A stretch of DNA of 32,000 bases from Methanobrevibacter sp. (GTDB lineage Archaea; Methanobacteriota; Methanobacteria; Methanobacteriales; Methanobacteriaceae): positions 96,379 through 128,378 of the forward strand of contig NZ_JAZRKF010000019.1 in assembly GCF_045646205.1 (NCBI RefSeq). Reading direction: 5' to 3'. This document shows positions 1-9,725 of the stretch, in pieces; position 1 is the stretch's first letter; each line of letters opens with the position of its first letter. The notes under the pieces were generated by a model, which was given only the letters and a program-made list of their open reading frames with translations, was not told the DNA's origin and made no database searches. The translations under genes and the position numbers were made by a program.

Positions 1-815
1 TGAAAATTTTAATATCCAATGATGACGGTGTTTTTGCACCGGGAATACTGGCTGCAAAGCAGGCTGTTGAAGATTTGGGTGAAGTTTATGTTGTAGCGCC
101 TGACGTGAATAACAGCAGTGTAGGCCGCCGTTTAACATTGTTTAAGCATCTGGAACTTAATTCATGTAAACTCGACGATGGAAGTCAGGCATACTCCGTA
201 TCCGGAAGTCCTGCAGATTCAGTTGTTGTCGGAGCTGATTATGTAATGGATGGTGAGCCTGATTTGGTTATAACAGGCATTAATCAGGGCGTTAATATAA
301 GCTGTGACATTACCTCTTCAGGAACCGTTTGCGCTGCTTTAGAAGCGGTCAGCTTAGGAATTCCTGCAATTGCAGTTTCTTTATTCGTTGATCCAAGAAC
401 CGCATACAAACAGGATGAAAACGGAGAATGGTATGTGGACTATGATTTTTCTCTGGCTAAAAAGGTTTTACATGACTTGGTACTTAAAATAAAGAATAAA
501 GGATTTCCCGAAGGCGTTGATTTATTCAATCTCAACGTTCCGTCAAACTATGAAAACGAGGAAGTAAAAATTACCCATCTTTCACATAAAATGCTTTTAA
601 AAAAGGTTATTGACAATACTGATGAGGAAAGACGTGAGATATTTGACTATTCGTTGGAGGAAAATCAGGAAAGCGACAACCTAATCATGATTGTGTCTGA
701 CTTGGTTAAGGATTATGATGAGGAAAGTGACGGATATGCATTGATGGTTGAGAAAAGACCAAGCCTAACACCATTAAATGCAAACATGACTTTTAGGGAA
801 TTGAAAGACTGGTGA
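1..815 (+). CDS. surE: 5'/3'-nucleotidase SurE (5' end clipped; the ATG appears to begin 1 nt before the window)
   Basis: Frame 3 from nt 3 reads KILISNDDGVFAPGILAAKQAVEDLGEVYVVAPDVNNSSVGRRLT. This is the canonical SurE N-terminus (SNDDG metal site, VVAP...S.G). ITGINQGVN and SGTVCAALEA motifs follow. Stop at 813-815. Confidence 0.9.
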   Translation, partial: KILISNDDGVFAPGILAAKQAVEDLGEVYVVAPDVNNSSVGRRLTLFKHLELNSCKLDDGSQAYSVSGSPADSVVVGADYVMDGEPDLVITGINQGVNISCDITSSGTVCAALEAVSLGIPAIAVSLFVDPRTAYKQDENGEWYVDYDFSLAKKVLHDLVLKIKNKGFPEGVDLFNLNVPSNYENEEVKITHLSHKMLLKKVIDNTDEERREIFDYSLEENQESDNLIMIVSDLVKDYDEESDGYALMVEKRPSLTPLNANMTFRELKDW

Positions 816-828
816 ATCCTCACAATTT

Positions 829-1866
829 TCAAGGTACGAGCTTTTGTACATAAGGTATTTTTTTCAAAATCATTATTACAAGTATTGTCAAAGGAATAAC
901 GGCAATAGGCATTCCAACCGTGAATAACATGGACTGTTTGTTTAATTTAAGATAATGGAATATGATTTCAATCAGATAAAAGTGAACCAGATATATACCA
1001 AAGGTATATGGTTTTACAAAGCTCACAATCTTATTGATGGAGTTAAATGAATATTTGCTGTATAACTGTTTTACTAAAATCCAGATAGCTATTGCATAAA
1101 GCGCTGTTGTTGGAAAGATATATGATTTGTACATTTGGCTGAACTGGCCTGTGGTGTCATAAACTGACTGTGTAGGTAAAAACATTCCCAATAAGCCTAA
1201 AATACCCAGTACATAAAATATATACCTGTATTTTTTGTCCAGATCAACTTCATTCAGCACATAACCTAAGAGAGGATACATTAAAAATCCGCTGAATAGA
1301 TAAAACTCCGGACGGATAACCAGATTGATTGTAAAGACTTGAATTAAAAACGGCACTACAGAGGAAAATATGAATATTAATGCGATTAAATAGCTGAATA
1401 ATTTGATTCTATTTTCCTTAGGAATATTTGAAAAGAGTGGCATTATAAGGTAAATTCCGAATAAGGGTATGAAAAACCAGTAAATGCTGTCATTTATGCA
1501 GTGATTATAAAGATATAGTAAAATGTTTTCAGTCGGTCCCTCATGCATAAAGTAAGTGTTGAATACAGCATAAAAGATCACCCAAAAGATAAATGGAAGT
1601 AAAACTTTATTCAAACGTTTCTTAAAGAAAACTTTCGTATCATATCTATTTTTATAATCTATCAGATTGGCTCCTGAAATCATATAAAAAATAGGGACTG
1701 CCGGAAAGAAAACGCACATTATCAGATTTGATATAAACCAGTATTTTGAAGGGTTTGCAGCTGAATAACGAAAGATAGCGCAATGTAGGATTACAACAGC
1801 AAAGGCTGACAGGATTGACAGAAGTGATATATATTTAATTTCTTTGTTATTTGAATTTAAATTCAT
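829..1866 (-). CDS. Polytopic membrane protein, acyltransferase-3 (OatA/WecH-like) family candidate
   Basis: 345-aa ORF with about 10 hydrophobic helices. The first helix, ISLLSILSAFAVVILHC, resembles the conserved His-containing helix of acyltransferase family 3. An AGGT RBS lies upstream of the ATG. The family call is from memory only. Confidence 0.5.
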   Translation of the reverse strand: MNLNSNNKEIKYISLLSILSAFAVVILHCAIFRYSAANPSKYWFISNLIMCVFFPAVPIFYMISGANLIDYKNRYDTKVFFKKRLNKVLLPFIFWVIFYAVFNTYFMHEGPTENILLYLYNHCINDSIYWFFIPLFGIYLIMPLFSNIPKENRIKLFSYLIALIFIFSSVVPFLIQVFTINLVIRPEFYLFSGFLMYPLLGYVLNEVDLDKKYRYIFYVLGILGLLGMFLPTQSVYDTTGQFSQMYKSYIFPTTALYAIAIWILVKQLYSKYSFNSINKIVSFVKPYTFGIYLVHFYLIEIIFHYLKLNKQSMLFTVGMPIAVIPLTILVIMILKKIPYVQKLVP

Positions 1867-2157
1867 TAATACACTAACCTTTATATTTATTTTTAATTAA
1901 TAATAGATTATTCAACATTATATTTAAATATTATTATGATTTTCTTTTTATTTTCAATTATATTGAATATAATAAACATTTAAAATATTATAAATAAACA
2001 CTCTCCAATATCGTAATTAATAACTAATATTTATTATTTTTAAATATAACTCCAATTTATATTTTATTTTTAGATTTTAAGATGAAAGTAAGCACTTGCA
2101 TTCGAAAATCTTTATATATGGTCTTTTTTAAATTATAATATAAGTTTAATAAAAATT

Positions 2158-5100
2158 ATGGGGGATAAAAACTTGAAAATTAAACTAATTCTATTTACAT
2201 GTTTTATAATTTTAACAGCCAGTATCGGCTGTGTTTGTGCATCTAGTGATATGAACGCTACAAGTAATGACGTATCTTTAATTCATGTTGAAGATACCAA
2301 TCATACGAATATTCAAAGCAATGCAAATGCTGTTGCAAATCTCGCTAATTCTCAAAATTCAGTAGAGTTACCTGATGATGATTATGAAGGCGATATACTC
2401 TATGATTCCACTTTCACCGGATTGAATGGAATAATAAAATTGCATGAGTATCTTACCGATGAAATTGTATTAGATCATGATTATTCTTTCACCGGTTCTA
2501 CTTCTGATTTAAAATATAAAAACGGTATTGAAATCACCAAGGATAATTTTGTAATTGATGGAAACGGCCACATCATAGACGCAAAAAATGTCGCAAGATT
2601 GTTCAATATTAAAGCGAACAATGTTGTTATAAAAAATCTTAATTTTATTAACGCAAACGGACTTAAAAATGTTGATTTGGATAACGGTATCATTCACTTC
2701 TTCAATCCTGGAACTGTAGTGGGCTGTACATTCAAAAATTGTATTTTAAGACAGCACGGAACTGTATACTTTGAAAAAGGCGGAAAAATAAGTAATTCTA
2801 ATTTTATTGAATGCAGATGCGGAGATTATGGCGGAGCATTATATATTAATGGCGGAACAATTGAAAACTGTACTTTCATCAAAAATAAACTTGGTAACTG
2901 TTATGGTGCTGCAGTATATGCAAAAGGTGATGTTTTAATAAACAATTCAGAATTCACTCAAAACTTCGGCGGTTTGGATAGTGCAATACACTATGATGGC
3001 CATTTAACCTTAGAAAACTGTAATTTCACTGATAATAAATGTGTTTATTCATATAAAGGAGACAAATTTAATTTTGTCGGATCTGAAAACTCAACCGTTA
3101 CAACCAAAAACATCAGACCTTTATTCATTTTCACTGATGATTTCGCTGATTTAATCAATGAAATTAAAAATTCAAAAAATTACTTGAAATTAGATAAAGA
3201 TTATGTTTTAAACCCTCAAAAGGGTGAATCTACCATTAAAATAGATAAAGATAATTTTGTAATTGACGGAGCAAATCATGCAATATCCGGATCAAATATA
3301 AATAGAATATTTGATATTACAGGTAAAAATGTTACAATTAAAAATTTAGTTTTAGTTAATGGAAAAACCCCATTCAATGGTGGAGCTATTTATTTCCATG
3401 AATTCGGAAGTTTGATTAACTGTATCCTTGAAAAAAATCAGGCTGTTCACGGTGGTGCGGTCTATTTTGAAAAAGACGGTTATTTAGAAAACTGTATCAT
3501 TAAAAACAATATAATTAGTTATAACGCTTCAGTTTATTTCAATAAATTTGGAAAAGTTGTTAACTGTAACTTTGACCATAATTCTGCACAGGGTCCTGTT
3601 TCACTTTACTTCAACATGGATGCAGTAATTGAAAACAGTACATTTTCCAATGAGGATACAATTGATTTCGGATCTGTTTTTGTCAAAAATAACGGAAAAG
3701 TTATTGGATGTAATTTCACAAACAATTATTGTCGCAGCAATGCTGCAGGACTATACATCAATACAGGAACTGTTGAAAATTCAAACTTCGTTAATAATCA
3801 TTTAAAAAATGGTAATGGAGGAGCATTATACATCAATAACGGTAATGTAAACAACTGTAATTTTACAGGCAACATTGCAAATAAAGGTGGAGCATTATAC
3901 ATTAAGGCAGGTAACGTAAACGGCTGTAATTTTATAGGAAATAGTGCAAATAATGGTGGAGCAATAAACTTTGTCAATAAAGGAATCATAACCAACAGCA
4001 ATTTCAAAAACAATAAAGCTAGTGAAACTGGCGGAGCTGTTCTTTTCAATGATGACTGTGAAATACTTTCATCCACATTTACAGATAACTCTGCAAGCCA
4101 GGACGGAAACTCAATAAAAATCAACGGCATGACATATGTTGAAGATACCCAATTCGAAAACAAAAATCCACAAGAAAACGTTTCAGACATTGCTTTTGGA
4201 AAAGCTTCCAGACTCATATCAAATAATGTAACATCCAATTCATTATTGTCTGCAAATTTAAATGATTATTACACTTTATATTATTTGATTAAAAACTGTA
4301 AAGACAACATTTTCAAATTGGAAAGCGATTATGTTTTCAACCCTGAATTGAATTCAGCATTGAAAAACGGAGTAAACGTCAATAAAAATAATTTTGTAAT
4401 AGATGGAAACGGTCACAGCATCAACGCTTTGAATGCAGCAAGAATATTCAATATCTTAGGAAATAATGTAACCTTAAGAAATATCAATTTATTAAACGGT
4501 TTTGCTGCAGGTAACGGTGGAGCTGCATTATTCAATAAAGACGGATCAATTGAAAACTGTAATTTCATAAACAATACTGCAAAATCAACCGGTGGAGCAG
4601 CTTACATCAACGGAAAAGGATCAATTGTTAACTCAACATTTACAAACACCAGCGCCAGAAGCTCCGGTGTAGCTTATATCGCAGATGATGGAAACGTTGA
4701 AAATTCCACCTTTGAAAACAGCACTTCATTCAGTCACACAGCTACAATAGAATTCCATAAAAACGGAATAATCAGAAATTCAGTATTCAAAAACAATCAT
4801 GCAGGATTAAACGGAGTAGTATATGCTAATATGAATGTTGTTGTAGAAGGATCAATTTTTGACAACAACACTGCAGATGCTGACGGAATAATATTTGCAA
4901 ACGGTAATGTCAGTGCAGTTAACTCCAAATTCTCAAACAACCATGCAAAATATGGTGCTGGAATATACTCCAAATATGCAAACTTAGACAACTGTGTATT
5001 CTTCAACAATACTGCAGAAAATGGTGGTGGAGCAGTATACACTGACATGGCTTCAATCAACAATTCACAATTTGATTCCAACTCAGCATTATACGGTGGA

Positions 5101-5355
5101 GCAGTCTTCATAGCATCAGGCAAAACTATGAACACTGTTAACAACAGCACTTTCACCAACAATGCTGCAACTGAAGGTGGAGCAATTACCTCCAATGGTA
5201 AATTAACTGTAGACAATTCAAATTTTGAAAACAACACTGCAAAATACGGTGGAGCAATGCAAGTTCACAATGCTGGAAAAAGCACTAACTGTAATTTCTC
5301 CAACAACACTGCAAAAAACGGTGTTGAAGTATTCTTTGAAAAAGATTTGGAGTAA
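2158..5355 (+). CDS. Adhesin-like surface protein 1 (signal peptide + three right-handed beta-helix / PMP-repeat modules)
   Basis: The N-terminus, KIKLILFTCFIILTASIGCVCASS, looks like a signal or anchor. There are dozens of about 22-aa N-x-F-x-x-N-x-A-x-x-GGA(I/L)Y repeats typical of pectin-lyase-fold methanogen adhesin-like proteins. A cap module (DY.FN...NFVIDGNGH.I...ARIFNI.G.NV.I.NL) occurs three times, near nt 2461, 3184 and 4311. A TTG at 2173, preceded by GGGGGAT, is an alternative start. Confidence 0.85.
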   Translation: MGDKNLKIKLILFTCFIILTASIGCVCASSDMNATSNDVSLIHVEDTNHTNIQSNANAVANLANSQNSVELPDDDYEGDILYDSTFTGLNGIIKLHEYLTDEIVLDHDYSFTGSTSDLKYKNGIEITKDNFVIDGNGHIIDAKNVARLFNIKANNVVIKNLNFINANGLKNVDLDNGIIHFFNPGTVVGCTFKNCILRQHGTVYFEKGGKISNSNFIECRCGDYGGALYINGGTIENCTFIKNKLGNCYGAAVYAKGDVLINNSEFTQNFGGLDSAIHYDGHLTLENCNFTDNKCVYSYKGDKFNFVGSENSTVTTKNIRPLFIFTDDFADLINEIKNSKNYLKLDKDYVLNPQKGESTIKIDKDNFVIDGANHAISGSNINRIFDITGKNVTIKNLVLVNGKTPFNGGAIYFHEFGSLINCILEKNQAVHGGAVYFEKDGYLENCIIKNNIISYNASVYFNKFGKVVNCNFDHNSAQGPVSLYFNMDAVIENSTFSNEDTIDFGSVFVKNNGKVIGCNFTNNYCRSNAAGLYINTGTVENSNFVNNHLKNGNGGALYINNGNVNNCNFTGNIANKGGALYIKAGNVNGCNFIGNSANNGGAINFVNKGIITNSNFKNNKASETGGAVLFNDDCEILSSTFTDNSASQDGNSIKINGMTYVEDTQFENKNPQENVSDIAFGKASRLISNNVTSNSLLSANLNDYYTLYYLIKNCKDNIFKLESDYVFNPELNSALKNGVNVNKNNFVIDGNGHSINALNAARIFNILGNNVTLRNINLLNGFAAGNGGAALFNKDGSIENCNFINNTAKSTGGAAYINGKGSIVNSTFTNTSARSSGVAYIADDGNVENSTFENSTSFSHTATIEFHKNGIIRNSVFKNNHAGLNGVVYANMNVVVEGSIFDNNTADADGIIFANGNVSAVNSKFSNNHAKYGAGIYSKYANLDNCVFFNNTAENGGGAVYTDMASINNSQFDSNSALYGGAVFIASGKTMNTVNNSTFTNNAATEGGAITSNGKLTVDNSNFENNTAKYGGAMQVHNAGKSTNCNFSNNTAKNGVEVFFEKDLE

Positions 5356-5366
5356 ATAACTCCAGA

Positions 5367-5380
5367 TTTTCTCTTTTTTT
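5367..5380 (+). terminator. Oligo-T tract, candidate archaeal intrinsic terminator of adhesin-like gene 1
   Basis: The sequence ttttctcttttttt lies 12-25 nt after the stop codon at 5355. Confidence 0.4.
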
Positions 5381-5585
5381 AGATTCATCGACAAATTGTC
5401 GACAATTGAAAAAATGTTGCACTTAAAAAGCAATATTTAAATATTAATGCATTTTTTTCAAAGAAAATGTATTAATTGATATATAATCATTATATTCAGG
5501 GCTTTAATATCATTATTTAAACAAATTTAAATATTATATAATTAATATATATTATTATATTTTCTTTTTATTTTCTGGTGTTATT

Positions 5586-7454
5586 ATGAGGGTAGAAAAA
5601 CAGTATATGCAATTGGAGGGCATTAGTGAAATCCGTATTTATGATGCCGGTAAAAATGACTTTTTTAAACCAACACCCAAGGAGTTTGACATTAAGGATC
5701 TCCCTTTTAAGGGACTTATAGACAGTATTCCTGTTGAAATTCATTGTCTGATCCCTTATGAGCACGGCAAGGATTTCATTATCCAAAGTATGGGTAAGTT
5801 TATTCTAGATATTTTTAACTTCAACCCTGATGATGTAAACGGCAGATTATTCAGTAAACTGTCCCCATTATTCTTTAAAGTCCTTTATGATGAGTTACTT
5901 GATGTATATAAAAACCATGAGACAAAGGAAGTCAGATTTGTCTATTACCATGAGAACAAAGTGTCAAAACTCAGCAATGTCAAAATACTTTTTGATATGG
6001 GGAGGCTTTTTATAACTAGCCATAATGTTGACGCTAAAACAAAAACACGTATTGACTTGGAATATAGGGATTTTGATGAAGACAAAAATGATATACTGGA
6101 AAATTTTTCACAGACAGGTAGCTATTATCTTGTAAATGGAAAATATATGTGGTCACAGGGTATATATAACATCATAAATCGTGCAAAGGAAGAATCGGAT
6201 GATTATTTCAATATAGTATATGATTTGGTGATTCCGAAAGACAAGCATATTGTCGATAAGATTTTTGACTCTACAAATGAGGATACTATCAGTTGTAATG
6301 AGATTATTCGTATCAAAACCAAAGATGGTGTATTAAAAACTGTAGAAGTTAACGTTAACTCATATTTGGATGAAAATGGTGTTGTCATTCGTCAGGGAAT
6401 GATAAGTGATATAACACAATATTCCGGTGATGAACTAACAAAACCTGTTGATTTTCTTTTGGACGGTTTTAAAGACAGTACCAAACTGGCTTTGTTAATT
6501 GAACCTTTGAATAAAAAACAATTTAAATTCTCCAAAGGATTTTATTATCTTATAGAAAAGGATTATGAAGAATATAATCATTCCCGAGAAATTTTTGACA
6601 ATATTGTTGAAGAGGATGTGCGTCACCGCTTGAATAAGTTAGTCGACGGCGAAATAGACAAGATTGATGAAACATTCAATTATTATGTTGATGGAAATCC
6701 CGAAAAGAAAAAGGTCGTTGATTTGTATATTGAACGCTTTGAATATGGAAACGCCACCCACAGTCTCGGTTTTCTAACAGACATTACGGAAGAAAGGCTA
6801 AAGCAGGAAGAACTGATTAATTCCAATGAAAACAGACTTATTTTAATTAAAGAAATTCATCACAGGGTTAAAAATAACCTGCAGGTTTTAAGCAGTTTTT
6901 TAAACCTTGAAAAAAGAGCTTATAAGGATAATCCTGATTTAATCATTGAACATATGCAGACACGTCTCAATTCCCTGGCGCTGCTTCATGAAAAGACTTA
7001 TCAGTCAAAGGACTTTAAAAATATCAACTTAAAAAATTATATGCTTGACCATGATGAACAGACTATGGCTGTAGTTGATTTTCCAAATAATATCAAGTTT
7101 GAAACCCATGTCGATGAGGATATAGAGTTAACCTTGGAGGTCATCACTCCTCTGCTTTTAATAATTGATGAAATAACCATGAACGCCATTAAACATGCAT
7201 TTCCAGACAAGACATCTAAAGACAATAAGATTATTAAAAGGATTAGCAATCTTGGAAACAATACTGCCGAGCTTATAATTAAGGATAATGGTGTTGGTTT
7301 TGATGATTTTGAAAGCGTCACTAAAAATCTGGGATGTGAAATAATCAAAAGCCTGACCAAACAGCTTAGAGGCCATATCAGTCTTCTTAACGAAGAAAAA
7401 GGTACCGGATATAAACTTGTTTTCCCGACTGAAATTGAACATACTTCTGATTAG
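5586..7454 (+). CDS. Sensor histidine kinase (PAS-like sensor region + HisKA_2 + HATPase_c), cytoplasmic
   Basis: The H-box is EIHHRVKNNLQVLSSFLNLE (HisKA_2 type, nt about 6855-6915). It is preceded by a PAS-end signature, GFLTDITEERLKQEEL. The N-box is MNAIKHAF, the G1 box is IKDNGVGF, and the G2-like motif is EEKGTGYKLVF. A GGTG RBS lies 7 nt upstream of the ATG. No TM helix is seen. Confidence 0.8.
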   Translation: MRVEKQYMQLEGISEIRIYDAGKNDFFKPTPKEFDIKDLPFKGLIDSIPVEIHCLIPYEHGKDFIIQSMGKFILDIFNFNPDDVNGRLFSKLSPLFFKVLYDELLDVYKNHETKEVRFVYYHENKVSKLSNVKILFDMGRLFITSHNVDAKTKTRIDLEYRDFDEDKNDILENFSQTGSYYLVNGKYMWSQGIYNIINRAKEESDDYFNIVYDLVIPKDKHIVDKIFDSTNEDTISCNEIIRIKTKDGVLKTVEVNVNSYLDENGVVIRQGMISDITQYSGDELTKPVDFLLDGFKDSTKLALLIEPLNKKQFKFSKGFYYLIEKDYEEYNHSREIFDNIVEEDVRHRLNKLVDGEIDKIDETFNYYVDGNPEKKKVVDLYIERFEYGNATHSLGFLTDITEERLKQEELINSNENRLILIKEIHHRVKNNLQVLSSFLNLEKRAYKDNPDLIIEHMQTRLNSLALLHEKTYQSKDFKNINLKNYMLDHDEQTMAVVDFPNNIKFETHVDEDIELTLEVITPLLLIIDEITMNAIKHAFPDKTSKDNKIIKRISNLGNNTAELIIKDNGVGFDDFESVTKNLGCEIIKSLTKQLRGHISLLNEEKGTGYKLVFPTEIEHTSD

Positions 7455-7814
7455 CTATTCCATACTTGGCAGTTTGGAGCTGTCGGATTTGTATGATGAA
7501 CCTATTAATTTTCCGGTTTCCAAATCAAACTGTCTGAATCCGCCATCCTTATAGGTTACTTCCCTGTAATAACCTCCGCCTGCCTGATAATTATATTTGA
7601 CTTTTTCTGAAACAATACCGTCATCATTATTATCATTAGCTGGTGCGGGATCGCTTGATAATCTGTCTGCAGTTACATCATTGGATGTATTTGAAATGTT
7701 TGCCGGATTTTCTTTAACGTCTTTATTTGCATTCATTACTGCCATAGCGCACCCTATTATTAAGGCAACAACAATTAGAGTTAAACAGATTATTATAATT
7801 TCTTTCGTATCCAT
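7455..7814 (-). CDS. Small N-terminally anchored protein of unknown function
   Basis: 119-aa ORF with an AGGAG RBS. It has a single N-terminal helix (IIIICLTLIVVALIIGCAMAV), then a low-complexity linker and a GGGYYREVTYKDGGF C-terminal domain. Its stop abuts the stop of the kinase gene. Confidence 0.5.
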   Translation of the reverse strand: MDTKEIIIICLTLIVVALIIGCAMAVMNANKDVKENPANISNTSNDVTADRLSSDPAPANDNNDDGIVSEKVKYNYQAGGGYYREVTYKDGGFRQFDLETGKLIGSSYKSDSSKLPSME

Positions 7815-8068
7815 ATTATTCTCCTAATCTCTTATATTCGATGTGTATAATATGGGTGTAAATAATATTTATATGTTCTTTTTTGATTGGTGGTAATGAT
7901 TCTTTAACATTACAATGTATACTTACTGTAAAAAATCTACTAACTGAATTATGATGTCTCAAAATATTAAAGTTATGCCAATTTAAATGACCACAGATTT
8001 GAACATCAGTTATTTAGATGAGTCATTATTTAAAGTAAAATTAATTGAATGTAAAGGCAATCCATTAG

Positions 8069-8299
8069 CTATATAACATTCAACATTTTCCTTAATTGAA
8101 CACAGTCGATATCTTCAACAGATTTGTATTTTCCCACCATATTCTCTAAATCAACATTTTTAATAAATTCCAATTCAACAGTTCCTCTATTATTGATTTT
8201 CCATAGAATTTTATCTGATTTATCTAAATCTAATTCTTTTATAATTTCTACAGGAATATTTGTTTCAAATTTTTCATTCAAAGTTGTAAAAATAACCAT
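8069..8299 (-). CDS. AbrB/SpoVT-MazE-type small DNA-binding protein, orphan antitoxin-like
   Basis: FETNIPVEIIKELDLDKSDKILWKINNRGTVELEFIK matches the swapped-hairpin pattern v.IPkeir..l.l..gd.v.......g.i.l. An ATG at 8299 with an AGGTG RBS is preferred over the GTG at 8308 used in the ORF track. Confidence 0.5.
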   Translation of the reverse strand: MVIFTTLNEKFETNIPVEIIKELDLDKSDKILWKINNRGTVELEFIKNVDLENMVGKYKSVEDIDCVQLRKMLNVI

Positions 8300-8560
8300 T
8301 AAAAACACCTATGTGTTATATGATTAAATTAATATATATAAATATATTTCATGAAAAAATAAATTAATCATATTTTCTTTCTTTTTTATTTTTTTCCTTA
8401 ATATGCTTTAAATTTAATATTCCTTTCATAAGATCTTATTCATGATATATAAATAAATTATAATCTTTTAAAAAATCAAATCGATTATTTTATTTAAATA
8501 TCTAAATTGGAAAATATAATATTTTTTTCAAATATCATTGTTTCAATCATGAGATAAGTA

Positions 8561-8628
8561 TAAATACTATGTTTCACTCAAAACAATTTTTATGAGTCAG
8601 AACAATTCAAAGTGTGACAAATTGTCAC
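8561..8628. repeat. Left copy of a direct repeat (47-bp core 8561-8607) plus the palindrome TGTGACAAATTGTCACA (8612-8628)
   Basis: TAAATACTATGTTTCACTCAAAACAATTTTTATGAGTCAGAACAATT matches 17721-17767 at 43 of 47 positions in the same orientation. It contains the hairpin ACTCA-N12-TGAGT and three (G/A)A(A)CAATT units. Confidence 0.8.
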
Positions 8629-8653
8629 ATGTTAATGCCATTGTGATGAAAAT

Positions 8654-9457
8654 TCAATTAATTTTATCATATTCAGGGGATTTTATTTCTTTTTCAAAGC
8701 CGTTATGATTCAAATCATCATAATTCCTGGCTATATTTGAATACAACAAACCTAGAGAATAATTAGCTATGCTTTCTATTATTGGAATCACAATACAGAT
8801 ATATATTAAAAACCCAACATAAGGGATTGAATTAACAAATGATGTGGCAAAGGTAATTACATTAAGAAGTATTGCCATTACTACGAGCCATTTGATGATG
8901 TTAACGATGCCTATTCTCCTAATGTCTTTTATCACTTCATTGATCTTTAAAGCTTCACGCAGGCTGTTGAAGTAAGCCAGTCTTGCCTTTGCAAAAAACA
9001 AAAAGAATTCGAATATAAAGTAGATTATAAAAATCAGCACAAGAACAAAACCGACAGTTGCTAAAAACTCGAATATCTTATAGTTATTAAGCATGCTTCT
9101 GCTTGTTGGACCAAATACGAGCAATGCAATGACAAATACCGTAACAGGAACAATCATATAGACGATTCTTAATAATGTCATTCTGATTGAATCGTATATG
9201 TTATTCACTATATTGAATGAAGGAAGCATTGCTGACTGATTAGCTCCGATTCTAACAACAGATACGAAATATCCCGGAACAATAAGTATGAATAAGAAAA
9301 AAGCTATTACTCCAATGGTTATCAGGTACTTGTTATCGGATACCATACCAATTGGGATGATGGCAATTAAAACAAAGAGAATACAGATTATTGGCAATTT
9401 TGCAATGTTTCTGAATGGATATTTTAAGGAACTTGAAACTAATTTAGATAAATCCAT
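8654..9457 (-). CDS. DUF4013-like polytopic membrane protein
   Basis: 267 aa with about 6 TM helices. The N-terminal LKYPFRNI...IIPIG...VPGYFVSVVRIGANQSAMLPSF matches the remembered DUF4013 hallmark (YP...G-Y...v.r....g...P.f). An AGGTG RBS is present. Confidence 0.6.
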   Translation of the reverse strand: MDLSKLVSSSLKYPFRNIAKLPIICILFVLIAIIPIGMVSDNKYLITIGVIAFFLFILIVPGYFVSVVRIGANQSAMLPSFNIVNNIYDSIRMTLLRIVYMIVPVTVFVIALLVFGPTSRSMLNNYKIFEFLATVGFVLVLIFIIYFIFEFFLFFAKARLAYFNSLREALKINEVIKDIRRIGIVNIIKWLVVMAILLNVITFATSFVNSIPYVGFLIYICIVIPIIESIANYSLGLLYSNIARNYDDLNHNGFEKEIKSPEYDKIN

Positions 9458-9725
9458 AATGCACCTGATACTTGATTTTTTTGATTAGAATTTTTGAAAG
9501 GTAATTTGAATCAGTTTTTGAAATATTCTATTATAAAATATTCTCTCAAACATCAAAACTCATAATTTGCCTTAATACTTATTTAATGATAGTATTTTTT
9601 TGAATATATAATTTCCTAAAAATATATATAAAATAAATCTCAAATCCTTAATTGTAAGACAACTAATTTTATGGGCTTATTAGTTGAATTATAATAAAAT
9701 TATTATTTTTCTATGAGGGTTTATC

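Noticed and set aside
2481-5433. Minus-strand ORFs inside adhesin-like gene 1 (2481-2693, 2509-2697, 3798-4238, 4797-5237, 5218-5433)
   Set aside because: They lie entirely antisense to a long, repeat-structured, motif-rich CDS. Their translations are low-complexity (L/F/P/A-rich mirror images of the GGA/NN repeats), and they have no RBS. They are artefacts of repetitive codon composition.
5568-7442. Minus-strand ORFs overlapping the histidine kinase (5568-5786, 6203-6388, 7037-7360, 7158-7442)
   Set aside because: They are antisense to a CDS with H-box, N-box and G-box motifs. They have no recognisable motifs or start context.
7816-8010. A 64-codon stop-free minus-strand frame between the AbrB-like gene and the 119-aa gene, considered as a possible toxin partner for the AbrB-like protein
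   Set aside because: It has no ATG or GTG start. An internal TTG would give only about 45 aa, there is no RBS, and the translation (CGHLNWHNFNILRHH...) matches no toxin family I recognise. It could at most be a decayed gene. The AbrB-like gene is therefore treated as an orphan.
7597-9488. Plus-strand ORFs 7597-7827, 8124-8327 and 9288-9488
   Set aside because: Each is the antisense shadow of a better-supported minus-strand gene (the anchored 119-aa protein, the AbrB-like protein and the DUF4013 membrane protein) that has a proper RBS.
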